Of a stretch of 64,000 nt of DNA, positions 38,630 to 48,241 are shown piece by piece (position 1 is the first letter of the stretch; every line of letters begins with the position of its first letter). Below the pieces are notes generated by a model. The model ran no database searches, was not told where the DNA came from, and was given only the letters and a program-made list of their open reading frames with translations. Source of the stretch: Paracoccaceae bacterium (GTDB lineage Bacteria > Pseudomonadota > Alphaproteobacteria > Rhodobacterales > Rhodobacteraceae); contig JAQWNW010000007.1 in assembly GCA_029246285.1 (NCBI GenBank), positions 61,327 to 125,326 of the forward strand, given 5' to 3'. The position numbers and the translations under genes were made by a program.

Positions 38630-39619
38630 TTAATTATTTGAAGTTAACTGCTCTATTTGTTTATTTATTTTGTCCCAGTCATTTATCAGCAATCTAACAG
38701 GTAAAGTTAAAATTTCGCTTTTAAACTCTTCGGGCAATCGAACCGCATCTTTTTCGGTTGTCACTAAAATAGCGTCCATTTCTTTTGCTTCTTTAAGTAA
38801 CCTTAAAATTAATTTTCTATTCAAATTTGCATGATCAGATAACGGTATCTTTTTCAAGATATTGGCGCCAACAGTCCTTAAACTTTCAAAAAATTTTTCA
38901 GGATCACCAATACCTGCAAATGCTAATACCCTAGCATTTTTCCATTCAAAACCCGTCTCAATAACTTCAACACTAGCTTCACAAATTTCTAATTGTATTT
39001 CTTTTTTCTCATTTAAGAATCTAACTCGATCCGGCTCATCACCTACTAACAACATAAGATCAGCTCTTTTAAGGCCTTGATCTAATGACTCTCGCAATGG
39101 TCCAGCTGGGAAAACTCGTTCATTCCCGAATCCACGCTTGGAATCAACAACTATTACCGAAAAATCTTTATGCAGATGACCATTTTGAAAACCATCATCT
39201 AAGATAATAATGTCACAACCATTTTCCACCGCTTCTTTTGCACCTTTTACCCTATCTTTCGATACCCATGTTGGCGCAAAAGAAGAAAGTAAGATTGGCT
39301 CATCACCCACATCTTTTGAATTATGCTTTTCCGTTACCAATACTGGCCCTCCCAATTTTCCTCTGTATCCCTTCGATACAATATGAGGATTAAGACCAAT
39401 TTCTTTAAGCTTTTCAGTAAATGCGATTACAGTTGGAGTCTTTCCAACTCCACCAAGATTAATATTGCCAATACAAATTACTGGTACTTTTACTTTATGA
39501 GAAGGCACATTTAACCGATATTTTAATCCTAAAGTCCATATCCAGGAAAATGGTGTAAGAAAAAATGTCGTCATACCAGAGTTAGAACTGTTATTTCTCC
39601 AGAACCTTGGTGTTAACAT
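38630..39619 (-). CDS. lpxK: Tetraacyldisaccharide 4'-kinase
   Basis: P-loop GNINLGGVGKTP. Start set at ATG 39619 (MLTPRFW), 2 nt after the waaA stop; the track ORF extends 84 nt further into waaA. Confidence 0.9.
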   Translation of the reverse strand: MLTPRFWRNNSSNSGMTTFFLTPFSWIWTLGLKYRLNVPSHKVKVPVICIGNINLGGVGKTPTVIAFTEKLKEIGLNPHIVSKGYRGKLGGPVLVTEKHNSKDVGDEPILLSSFAPTWVSKDRVKGAKEAVENGCDIIILDDGFQNGHLHKDFSVIVVDSKRGFGNERVFPAGPLRESLDQGLKRADLMLLVGDEPDRVRFLNEKKEIQLEICEASVEVIETGFEWKNARVLAFAGIGDPEKFFESLRTVGANILKKIPLSDHANLNRKLILRLLKEAKEMDAILVTTEKDAVRLPEEFKSEILTLPVRLLINDWDKINKQIEQLTSNN

Positions 39620-39621
39620 TG

Positions 39622-40914
39622 TTACGCCCCAACCGTTAAGTTTTCGCCAATTAACTCTAAAGCTCGATCTGTGACACTTGCACCATTTGAAGAAACCTCC
39701 CAAGCGGCATGCGCCAATCTAGCTGCATTGTCAGGGGATAGAATTTTTATCAAATTCTCACTCAATTCATCTTGATTATTGATCCTAACTGCCCCATTCG
39801 CGTCACTCAATCTATTATAAATCTCCTCGAAATTGTAAACATATGGTCCATGTAGAATGGCAGATCCCAATGCGGCAGGTTCAAATGGATTATGACCTCC
39901 CACATCAACTAATGATCCACCAACAAAACTTACTGGTGACAATCGATACCAAAGCCCTAATTCTCCTAAAGTATCTGCGATATAAATTTGCGTTTCTTGT
40001 AATATCTTATCATTTTTAGATCTTAGACCTACTCTGAAGTTATTTTTTTTCAAATATGACGCGATCTCTACCCCACGTTCAGGATGCCTTGGAACAATTA
40101 TTAACAAGAGACCTTGGGAAGCTTTTGATGCTGCTTTATGCGCTCCCGCAATTATTTCCTCCTCGCCTTTATGAGTCGAAGCAGCCAACCAGATTGGTCT
40201 ATTAATAATTTGTTTAGAAATTTCTTCCTCATCTACCTCTGAATAAGGCAAGGCAGCAGCGCCTTCCTTTAAAGTACCTGTTAGTTCAAACTTGTCCTTT
40301 GAAACTCCAAACTTTTTTAAATATTTCATAGTCTTTTCGTCCTGAACAAGAAAATAATTAAAAGTGCTCAATAGAGTAGTCAAAGATCTTTTGAACAACC
40401 TCCATCTTCTGTAGGATTTCTCTGATATTCTTGCGTTAATCAAAATCATCGGAATTTCTTTTAAATATATTTGTTTTAAAAGATTGGGCCAAAACTCACT
40501 TTCAGTCCAAATTGCCAAATCAGGTTTCCACCAATCCAAAAATGCCTCAACAGCCTTAGGTGTATCTATTGGAATATATTGATGAATTGCGTTTGCCGGC
40601 AGATGAGGCATAATCACCTCGGCTGAAGACACTGTGCCTGTAGTGACTAAAAAATTATATTCTGGTTGCGAATAAGAAAGCCTTTTAATTAATTCTACTA
40701 ATGATAAAGACTCCCCAACACTGGCTGCATGAAACCAAATCAACAATCCTTTGGGCTTATCAATCTTTGACTGTCCCAATCTCTCTTCGATTCTGTCTGG
40801 ATCTTCTTTCCCCGCTTTGACTCTAGATCTTAGCCGATACTCTATATATCGTCTCGCTCTACGCATAAAAAGGCTGTAACACCATAACAACATCGAGCTT
40901 TTCAATTCTTTCAT
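39622..40914 (-). CDS. waaA: 3-deoxy-D-manno-octulosonic acid (Kdo) transferase
   Basis: 430 aa. WFHAASVGES motif and GT30 layout. Confidence 0.9.
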   Translation of the reverse strand: MKELKSSMLLWCYSLFMRRARRYIEYRLRSRVKAGKEDPDRIEERLGQSKIDKPKGLLIWFHAASVGESLSLVELIKRLSYSQPEYNFLVTTGTVSSAEVIMPHLPANAIHQYIPIDTPKAVEAFLDWWKPDLAIWTESEFWPNLLKQIYLKEIPMILINARISEKSYRRWRLFKRSLTTLLSTFNYFLVQDEKTMKYLKKFGVSKDKFELTGTLKEGAAALPYSEVDEEEISKQIINRPIWLAASTHKGEEEIIAGAHKAASKASQGLLLIIVPRHPERGVEIASYLKKNNFRVGLRSKNDKILQETQIYIADTLGELGLWYRLSPVSFVGGSLVDVGGHNPFEPAALGSAILHGPYVYNFEEIYNRLSDANGAVRINNQDELSENLIKILSPDNAARLAHAAWEVSSNGASVTDRALELIGENLTVGA

Positions 40915-41053
40915 CTAATGACCATACTTCACTTATATAAAAAAATTACTTTGATAATTGCTATTATCAACAGATCAATAAGTATTACACTAGTTTTTAA
41001 ATTTTAATTAAAACCCACTTTAAATATAATAATAAAAATTTACAGTATCTTAA

Positions 41054-41482
41054 TTATATTTTAGCCCTAGCCTTGACTATGCTCAAAGCAGCATTTGCCG
41101 CCTCTTTACCCTTTTCTATAAAGTGTGATTTAAAAATTTTATCATGAAATGCTGTCTCTTGATATTGATGAGGAGTTAAAGAAACAGATAAAATTGGGAC
41201 ATTTGTTTCCAAACCGACTCTAACTATCCCATCAACTACAGCTTGTGCGACAAAATCATGTCTGTAAATACCACCATCAACGACAAATGCAGCGGCAGCG
41301 ATTGCAGAATACTTTCCAGTTTCGGCAAGAGACTTAGCCATTAATGGTAACTCTAAGGCACCTGGAACATCATAAACATCAACCTGGTCGCTGGGAATGA
41401 TTTTCAAGAATCCTTCTAGAGAACTATCTACAATATCTGCGTGCCATTTGGCCTTAATAAAAGCATATCGGGTGTGTGTCAT
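41054..41482 (-). CDS. ribH: 6,7-dimethyl-8-ribityllumazine synthase (short, RibH2-like)
   Basis: 142 aa. RYAFIKAKWHADIV, VPGALELP. Sits directly downstream of an FMN riboswitch. Confidence 0.85.
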   Translation of the reverse strand: MTHTRYAFIKAKWHADIVDSSLEGFLKIIPSDQVDVYDVPGALELPLMAKSLAETGKYSAIAAAAFVVDGGIYRHDFVAQAVVDGIVRVGLETNVPILSVSLTPHQYQETAFHDKIFKSHFIEKGKEAANAALSIVKARAKI

Positions 41483-41558
41483 AGTATTTCCTTTCCTTCA
41501 AAGACACGTCACCCAAGGCGATAACAGTCAGGAAAAGCATACTAGCTCAGCCTTACTA

Positions 41559-41693
41559 TTCTCTTCCATCCGGACTTTAACCGTCGGCTCTGGAATTTAA
41601 CCAGATCTGCTGACCTTTGACTTTGTCAAAGCGCTCGCGGGCTCACTAATACTTCGTTTACCGCCGGTGGGGAATTACACCCCGCCCTGAGAA
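41559..41693 (-). promoter_or_regulatory. FMN riboswitch (RFN element)
   Basis: Minus strand reads UUCUCAGGGCGGGGUGUAAUUCCCCACCGGCGGUAAA...AGCCCGCGAGCGC...GGUCAGCAGAUCUGGUUAAAUUCCAGAGCCGACGGUUAAAGUCCGGAUGGAAGAGAA. All the conserved RFN blocks I know are present, and P1 is UUCUC/GAGAA. Confidence 0.92.
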
Positions 41694-41783
41694 CATGCGC
41701 TTTTTTACAAAATTTGCCTATTATTACAAGGGAAAAGATAAATCTATTTGAAAATAGTCTTAATTAAAGCCTATCAATAAATT

Positions 41784-42326
41784 ATGATCGTATTATTTAA
41801 TAAACCATTTAACGTCTTATCTCAGTTTACAGATAATACAAAAATAAATGTGAGTAGGGGAAATCTCTCTGATTATATTGATGTACCAAATGTCTATCCA
41901 GCAGGCAGATTAGATAAAGATAGCGAAGGCTTACTTATCTTAACTGACCAGGGAAAATTACAACAAAAAATAAGTGACCCTAAATACAAAATGACAAAAA
42001 CATATTGGGTCCAGATAGAAGGAAATATAGCTGACGATAGTTTGAATAATTTAAGGCATGGTGTACAATTGAAGGATGGAATGACTCAAAAAGCAATTGT
42101 AAAGAGAATTAAACAGCCACATAATCTATGGTTGCGAAAACCACCCATTCGAGAAAGAAAAAATATACCTGACGAATGGATAGAAATTATAATTTCTGAA
42201 GGAAAAAATCGGCAAATCCGACGTATGACTGCTGCCGTTGGGCATCCAACGCTTAGATTGATCCGAACAAGAATTGGCGACTGGCACTTAAACAACCTGC
42301 GAAATGGAACTTACAAAATATTATAG
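41784..42326 (+). CDS. rluE: RsuA/RluE-family pseudouridine synthase
   Basis: 180 aa. GRLDKDSEGLLILT catalytic Asp motif, no S4 domain, EGKNRQIRRM. Confidence 0.85.
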   Translation: MIVLFNKPFNVLSQFTDNTKINVSRGNLSDYIDVPNVYPAGRLDKDSEGLLILTDQGKLQQKISDPKYKMTKTYWVQIEGNIADDSLNNLRHGVQLKDGMTQKAIVKRIKQPHNLWLRKPPIRERKNIPDEWIEIIISEGKNRQIRRMTAAVGHPTLRLIRTRIGDWHLNNLRNGTYKIL

Positions 42327-42329
42327 ATT

Positions 42330-43484
42330 TTACGCATTTTTACCGACCCAATATCCGGTTGCAAGACACGCATTAATTAAATAACCACCCGTCGGCGCTT
42401 CCCAATCAAGCATCTCACCAACACAAAAAACCTGGGGCCTCTTCAGAATCATCAAATGCTCATTTAATTCACTAAAATCAACCCCACCAGCTGTAGAAAT
42501 TGCTTGGTCAATTGAGTGAGCACCTTGTTGGTTTAAGCATAAATTTTTAAGTGAGTATGCTAGGTTTTGCGGACTATTTGGAATTGGACGGATAAACTCA
42601 TTTATCAATGCTAATCTCACGCCTGATAAACTCAATGTTTTTCTTAAATAATTACTAATACTATTTTTTTTTCGATTTCTCGACAATTTTATCACTAAAT
42701 TTTCCGAGGTAATGTCAGGAAACAAATCAATTTTTAATATTGCACCTCTTCTGAGTGCTGGAGATAATTCATAAATTCCGCCACCTTCTAATCCTTCCTT
42801 GGTTACTAGCGCTTCTCCTCTTGTGGTTAAATTGTCAGAAAACATCTGAATGTTTTTTACTGGTATTCCATGAAATTGGTTCATAAATTTTGACCAATTA
42901 ATACGGACACCAACGTTTGATGGCGCAAAACAATTAACTTTAATTTTTTTTGTTTTAAATATTTTAGCCCAAGAACCATCAGAACCTAATTTAGGCCAAC
43001 TGGCTCCACCTAAGGCTAAAATAGTAGTCTTTGGTGTTAGAAATTTTTTTCCCGAAGGTGTGTCAAACACAAAACTATCATGCCAATCCACCAGCTTATA
43101 GTTCATTTTAAATTCAACACCTAAACTTAATAACCTTTTTAACCAAAGCCTTAATAATGGAGATGCTTTCATTGTTGTGGGGAATACTCGTCCGGTAGAG
43201 CCTATGAATATTTCTTGCCCTAAAGCTTGAGTCCATTTCTTTACTTTTTCTGGGCCAAAAGAAGTTAACATTGGTTCTAACTTTTTTTGATCATTGCCAA
43301 ATCTACTAATAAATTTGCCTAATTCCTGATCATTGGTGATATTCAACCCAGATTTACCAGCCATTAAGAATTTTCGACCAAATGATGGCTTTGAGTCTAC
43401 AAGGATAACTTTACGACCCCGAGATGCTAAAACTTCCGCCGCCATCAATCCTGCTGGACCAGTGCCAACAATTAAGACATCCAT
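42330..43484 (-). CDS. HI0933/BaiN-like NAD(P)/FAD-dependent flavoprotein
   Basis: 384 aa. VLIVGTGPAGLMAAE and C-terminal GEMLDWEAPTGGY. Confidence 0.8.
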   Translation of the reverse strand: MDVLIVGTGPAGLMAAEVLASRGRKVILVDSKPSFGRKFLMAGKSGLNITNDQELGKFISRFGNDQKKLEPMLTSFGPEKVKKWTQALGQEIFIGSTGRVFPTTMKASPLLRLWLKRLLSLGVEFKMNYKLVDWHDSFVFDTPSGKKFLTPKTTILALGGASWPKLGSDGSWAKIFKTKKIKVNCFAPSNVGVRINWSKFMNQFHGIPVKNIQMFSDNLTTRGEALVTKEGLEGGGIYELSPALRRGAILKIDLFPDITSENLVIKLSRNRKKNSISNYLRKTLSLSGVRLALINEFIRPIPNSPQNLAYSLKNLCLNQQGAHSIDQAISTAGGVDFSELNEHLMILKRPQVFCVGEMLDWEAPTGGYLINACLATGYWVGKNA

Positions 43485-43487
43485 ATG

Positions 43488-44339
43488 TTATATTGCCTTG
43501 TTTCTACTCTCTTCTATGTAAATCTCACGTAATCTCTTAGAAACATTACCTGGCTTGCCGGTTCCTATCAAAACACCATCAAATTCAACTACTGGCATTA
43601 CGAAAGTTGATGCTGAAGTTATAAAAGCCTCATCTGCTGACTTTACTTCATCTACAGAAAAAGATCTCTCTTCAACTATCATTTGAGCTTCCTTGGCATA
43701 TCGTAAAACAGATGCTCTAGTAATACCGTGTAAAATATCATTAGATAACTCTCGAGTAATAATCTTATTCCCAACCACTATATAAGCGTTATTCGAAGTT
43801 CCCTCTGTTACATAGCCATCTTCTACCATCCAAGCATCATCACAATCCGCTGCCTTAGCCATCATTTTACCCATAGATGGATACAATAGCTGTACAGTTT
43901 TTATATCGCGGCGCCCCCAACGTAAATCATCAATTGAAATAACCTTCATACCCGAATTCACCAATGGGGATCCTAAAATATCTTTTGATTGAGTAAAGAT
44001 AACTAAGGTTGGCTCTACATCTTTTGGATAAACAAAATCTCTATCAGCAACTCCGCGAGTTACCTGAAGATAAACACCACCTTGTTCAACTTGATTATCA
44101 TTTACTAATTTACGGTGAATTTCGAGCAAATCGTTAAAAACGCTTGGTTCAGGCATATTTAATTCCGAAAGAGATCTCTTTAATCTTTTTAGATGACCTT
44201 CAAATTCAAGTAATTTACCATCTAGAACCGAAGTTACTTCATAAACAGCATCTGCCATTAAAAACCCACGATCAAAAATAGATATACTAGCTTCTTCCTC
44301 TGGAAAATACTGTCCATTTACGTAAACTATTCTACTCAT
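43488..44339 (-). CDS. Class IV aminotransferase (D-amino-acid transaminase-like)
   Basis: RGFLMADAVYE and EGTSNN motifs. Start at ATG 44339 (MSRIVYVNGQY) with GGAG upstream; the track start lies inside the upstream gene. Confidence 0.85.
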   Translation of the reverse strand: MSRIVYVNGQYFPEEEASISIFDRGFLMADAVYEVTSVLDGKLLEFEGHLKRLKRSLSELNMPEPSVFNDLLEIHRKLVNDNQVEQGGVYLQVTRGVADRDFVYPKDVEPTLVIFTQSKDILGSPLVNSGMKVISIDDLRWGRRDIKTVQLLYPSMGKMMAKAADCDDAWMVEDGYVTEGTSNNAYIVVGNKIITRELSNDILHGITRASVLRYAKEAQMIVEERSFSVDEVKSADEAFITSASTFVMPVVEFDGVLIGTGKPGNVSKRLREIYIEESRNKAI

Positions 44340-44347
44340 CCTAACTC

Positions 44348-45316
44348 CTAACCCCAAAGTTCTTTTTCAGGAGGATAAACTCCATTTAAATCATATTTTA
44401 GCGGATAATTTCTATCCTGCGATAGCAATAATGGCCCATCTAAATCAACAAACTCGATTCCTTGAGCCAAAAGTGTGGCCGGCGCCATAGCTAATGAAGA
44501 CCCAACCATACATCCCACCATTATTTTATACCCATCACTTAATGCTCTGCTTTTCAGGTTCAATGCCTCTGTTAATCCACCAGTTTTATCAAGCTTTATA
44601 TTTATAATGTCATACTTACCTTTAAGGTTTTTTAGACTTGTGGAATCATGGCAACTTTCATCGGCACAAACCGGTAATACTCTTTCAATTTCTAGTAACG
44701 CATCGTCATCATCAGCTGGGAAAGGCTGCTCAACCATTTCAACACCCAGCCTGACTAAGACTGGAGCTAATTCATTATAGAGTTCTGGTGACCAACCTTC
44801 ATTCGCATCAACAATAATTCTTGAATTAGGTGCACCCAATCTAACTTGCTCTATTCTAGCAATATCTTGCTCTCCACCCCCTAATTTTGTCTTAAGTAAA
44901 GGTCGAAAAGAATTCTCCAATGCTTGATCATACATATTTTCCGGTGATTCTAACGATAATGTGTAAGCTGTTATCTGGGGTGATAAATTATTTATACCAA
45001 TTAAGTCCCAAACCCTCTTGTTTTTTATTTTAGCCTCAAGATCCCAGAGAGCACAGTCAACTGCATTTCTAGCAGCTCCTGGCGAAAGCATATCTAATAA
45101 CTCTAATCGATCGAAACTTGATGGAAGATTATTTATTTGTTTTGTTACACTTTCAAGAGTTTCGCCGTAACGCGCGTACGGCACACATTCACCCCAACCT
45201 GTTACGCCGTCCCTCTCTAATCTGACAGTTAACACTTCCGCCTGCGACCTCGAACCTCTTGAAATCGTGAAAACTTTTGCTAATTTGAATGTATCAGCGG
45301 TGACTGAAATTATCAT
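44348..45316 (-). CDS. Enolase-superfamily (MR/MLE) dipeptide-epimerase-like / N-acyl-amino-acid racemase (DgcA-like)
   Basis: 322 aa. KTKLGG, IIVDANEGW, VEQP, INIKLDKTGGLTEA. Confidence 0.8.
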   Translation of the reverse strand: MIISVTADTFKLAKVFTISRGSRSQAEVLTVRLERDGVTGWGECVPYARYGETLESVTKQINNLPSSFDRLELLDMLSPGAARNAVDCALWDLEAKIKNKRVWDLIGINNLSPQITAYTLSLESPENMYDQALENSFRPLLKTKLGGGEQDIARIEQVRLGAPNSRIIVDANEGWSPELYNELAPVLVRLGVEMVEQPFPADDDDALLEIERVLPVCADESCHDSTSLKNLKGKYDIINIKLDKTGGLTEALNLKSRALSDGYKIMVGCMVGSSLAMAPATLLAQGIEFVDLDGPLLLSQDRNYPLKYDLNGVYPPEKELWG

Positions 45317-45357
45317 GAATATTCCACTTTTTCTTCAATAGAAACTAAAAAGTTATT

Positions 45358-46359
45358 TTATAGGTTTTGTAATGCATCGCATAAACGACCTGAACCATGC
45401 CTAAATGGATCAACTGCTGGCATTCCAAATTCGCTTTCTAAGGATTCAAGATATTTGATAGCTTCATTCTCCGACATATGTTGTGTATTTACTGAAATAC
45501 CAACCACCTTACAATTTGGGTTAGCAACAGAAGCTAATACCAAGGCCACATCCTTTAATTCAAAAAGTGAAGGTTGCTGATATTCAGGCAACCCACGCAT
45601 ATGCTTTCTCGTTGGCTCATGACAAAGAATCAAAGCGTCTGGTTGACCCCCATGAACTAATGCCATTGTTACTCCTGAATAGGAAACGTGATATAATGAT
45701 CCTTGGCCTTCAATCATATCCCAATGGTCTTGATCATTATCAGGTGTGAGATACTCCACTGAACCAGCCATGAAATCAGCTATCACAGCATCCAATGGCA
45801 CACCGTCTCCTGTTATTAAAATTCCAGTTTGACCAGTCGCACGAAATGTCGATTTTAGTCCACGCCGTTTCATTTCTTTATCCATAGCTAAAGCAGTATA
45901 CATCTTTCCAACTGAACAATCAGTCCCAACGGCAAGACACCTTTTTCCAGTTCGTTTTTTCCCATTAGCAATTGGATAATCAACTGTAGGCACTCGAACA
46001 TCATGTAACTGACAGTTATTTTGTGTTGCTGCATCAACTAAATCAGGTTCATCTCTAAGCAAATTATGTAACCCACTAGCAATATCAAAGCCTGCATCTA
46101 ATGCTTGAATTAAAACCTCCTTCCAAGCATCCGAAATTACACCGCCCCGATTTGCAACTCCAATAACCAATGTTTTAGCTCCAGCTTCCTTAGCAGCAGC
46201 CAATGTCATTTCTGGCAAACCCATATCCGCATTACATCCTGCCATTCGAAATTGCCCAATACTAGCATCAGGTCTCCAATCTTTGATTCCCTGAGCCACC
46301 TTTGCCGCCAAAGCATCAGGCGCATCTCCTAAAAATAATAAATATGGCGTTTTAATCAT
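45358..46359 (-). CDS. DUF1611-family protein (DgcN-like)
   Basis: The sequence from MIKTPYLLFLGDAPD on matches my memory of DUF1611. Start at ATG 46359 with AGGAG 9 nt upstream; the 30-codon N-terminal extension in the track lacks an RBS. Confidence 0.7.
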   Translation of the reverse strand: MIKTPYLLFLGDAPDALAAKVAQGIKDWRPDASIGQFRMAGCNADMGLPEMTLAAAKEAGAKTLVIGVANRGGVISDAWKEVLIQALDAGFDIASGLHNLLRDEPDLVDAATQNNCQLHDVRVPTVDYPIANGKKRTGKRCLAVGTDCSVGKMYTALAMDKEMKRRGLKSTFRATGQTGILITGDGVPLDAVIADFMAGSVEYLTPDNDQDHWDMIEGQGSLYHVSYSGVTMALVHGGQPDALILCHEPTRKHMRGLPEYQQPSLFELKDVALVLASVANPNCKVVGISVNTQHMSENEAIKYLESLESEFGMPAVDPFRHGSGRLCDALQNL

Positions 46360-46552
46360 TTTGACATCTCCTAAATAACATCTTCTTTTTTTCTTACTTA
46401 CCAAATTGCAAAAAGAATATCCTATGAAATTTTTCCGAATTATACACAATTTTAGAAGATTCTACTATATTTATTGAAAATTATATAGAATTATTCGGAT
46501 ATTTAATCATTTCATCGGATGATTTTAAATTCAAGATTCGGTAAAGTTGTTA

Positions 46553-46903
46553 TCAAGCAGATGAAATAAGGGCTACCGGTAAATCATTTCTTTTTTCAAA
46601 ATCTATTGGCACTTCTTCTACGACTTGGGTATGTCGCTTAAATTCAAAAATCCGTTCATCCCCTTTAACAGAGGACAAAACAATCAAGCATTGTGCAAGA
46701 TGATCTGCCCCGTCGTAAAGATCTACAAATCCCCTTAATTTTGGAGCAACCTTTACGTCCAAAGAAAAGCCGCTTTCCCAATACCTTAAAACTGGAAACA
46801 CAACATCACCGACCATTACTCTTAATCTATTTTTCTTGGAATAATCTTCTTTTCTTGCCTTATTCAGGCCTTCTAAGACCTCTTTTGGTAAATCATAAAT
46901 CAT
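46553..46903 (-). CDS. Hypothetical protein (116 aa), last ORF downstream of cobM
   Basis: Protein-like composition, co-directional with cobM and 67 nt downstream of it. No family recognised, beyond a vague PilZ-like beta-barrel feel. Confidence 0.5.
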   Translation of the reverse strand: MIYDLPKEVLEGLNKARKEDYSKKNRLRVMVGDVVFPVLRYWESGFSLDVKVAPKLRGFVDLYDGADHLAQCLIVLSSVKGDERIFEFKRHTQVVEEVPIDFEKRNDLPVALISSA

Positions 46904-46970
46904 TTATTAACCCCCATTATACATTGAGTAAGCAAATAAAAAAAAGCAAGATAAAAGTATTATATATTTT

Positions 46971-47762
46971 TCAGGTATTATTTGGTTCTTCTAATTCAAC
47001 CCCTTTAACCGGACGCAAGACATGAGGTTTGGTTGAGTCATACAAGGCACTATCTTTAAATATTATATCTCGGTCTAAAGCCGGACCAATCATTATAAGA
47101 GCGGTTCGTGTTATTTTAGCTTCTCGCACCTTTTGCCTGATGTTTGACAAATTACCTCTAATTAAAAGTTGGTCTGGCCAAGTTAGCCTATATCCCACGA
47201 CTACTGGACAATCTGCATCATAATAAGGCATTAGTTGCCGCTCTAATGTTCGCATATTTCTAATAGACAAATGTATTGCCAAAGTAGTTCCAGTCTTTGC
47301 AAAGTTTTCAATAGTTTCTTTTTCTGGCATTCCAGTCGACTTCATTGATGTCCTTGTTAAAACTATTGATTGAGCCACCTCTGGCACCGTTAGTTCCTGC
47401 TTCATTGCGGCAGCCATTGCGGCATAGGCCGGTACCCCCGGAACAATCTCATATTTTATATCCGACTTGACTAATCTTCTTATTTGTTCAGCTATCGCCC
47501 CGTATAAAGATGGATCACCTGAATGCACTCTAGCCACATCATAACCTTTTTTATTTGCCTCCATAATCACCGAATGTGTTTCATCTAAAGTCATAGAAGC
47601 TGTATCCATCACTACCGCTCCTACTGGAGCAGACCTAACAACGTCTTCAGGGACAAGAGATCCAGCATAAAGACAAATTTGACATTTTTGAATTTTGCGA
47701 AGACCCTTTACCGTTATCAAGTCAGGATCACCTGGGCCAGCACCAATAAAATATACAGTCAT
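46971..47762 (-). CDS. cobM: Precorrin-4 / cobalt-precorrin-4 C11-methyltransferase
   Basis: 263 aa. VYFIGAGPGDPDLITVKG, then YAGSLV. Confidence 0.9.
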   Translation of the reverse strand: MTVYFIGAGPGDPDLITVKGLRKIQKCQICLYAGSLVPEDVVRSAPVGAVVMDTASMTLDETHSVIMEANKKGYDVARVHSGDPSLYGAIAEQIRRLVKSDIKYEIVPGVPAYAAMAAAMKQELTVPEVAQSIVLTRTSMKSTGMPEKETIENFAKTGTTLAIHLSIRNMRTLERQLMPYYDADCPVVVGYRLTWPDQLLIRGNLSNIRQKVREAKITRTALIMIGPALDRDIIFKDSALYDSTKPHVLRPVKGVELEEPNNT

Positions 47763-47773
47763 AATTCCACTTC

Positions 47774-48241
47774 CTACAGATTGTTATAATAAATTAAATA
47801 AACCCGACCATCTCCGTAATTCCCAGACCAAGTTCCATCTGCATCGTCAAGTAGAGCCGCTATATTTGAAAAAATTTCGGCTTCACATGTTGAAACAATG
47901 GATCGGCGATCTATCAGCTTAATCAAATTATGCTTATTTCCAAAAATTTGTACTTTTTCAGCTGCCTTGCGAGATTTCCCTGGAACTGACGGATGCCCCC
48001 AAGCCCACATAAACTGTCCATCATTTGTTCTAGTACCCACAACTTGGCAAAAATACTCAATACTAGTTTCAGAACTTATAATCCACTTTATCTTTGCCTG
48101 TTCTAAGTCTAATTCAAATTCTTCACATTCTATTATCAATTTATTTAAGGTGTTTTCTTCAATTTTTCTCTTACTACGAGCTTTTGAAAAGATCGACAAT
48201 TCCTTATATGTAATCGAATTTTTATCTAGATGTTCTATCAC
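47774..48241 (-). CDS. Uncharacterised 155-aa protein embedded in the cob operon (DUF6882-like by memory)
   Basis: GTG start overlaps the cbiG-cobJ stop (GTGA), and the stop lies 11 nt before the cobM ATG. The VVGTRTNDGQFMWAWGHP motif recalls the G[ST]..[TF]W.WAW core of DUF6882. Confidence 0.6.
   Translation of the reverse strand: MIEHLDKNSITYKELSIFSKARSKRKIEENTLNKLIIECEEFELDLEQAKIKWIISSETSIEYFCQVVGTRTNDGQFMWAWGHPSVPGKSRKAAEKVQIFGNKHNLIKLIDRRSIVSTCEAEIFSNIAALLDDADGTWSGNYGDGRVYLIYYNNL

Noticed and set aside
39620-39703. N-terminal extensions of track ORFs (lpxK here; likewise 2300-2332, 44340-44357, 46360-46449, 61784-61909, 54988-55032, 17436-17450)
   Set aside because: The extensions run into the upstream gene or lack an RBS. 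Internal starts have clear Shine-Dalgarno motifs and match the usual family N-termini.
46360-46552. Possible small RNA or terminator in the 193-bp spacer (AATCAT-N8-ATGATT hairpin, CTATAT/ATATAG repeats)
   Set aside because: The stems are short and AT-only, with no U-tract and no GC-enriched core. They are indistinguishable from chance in this composition.
46693-47025. 110-aa plus-strand ORF spanning the 116-aa gene, the spacer and the cobM 3' end
   Set aside because: It overlaps two minus-strand genes and has low-complexity composition.
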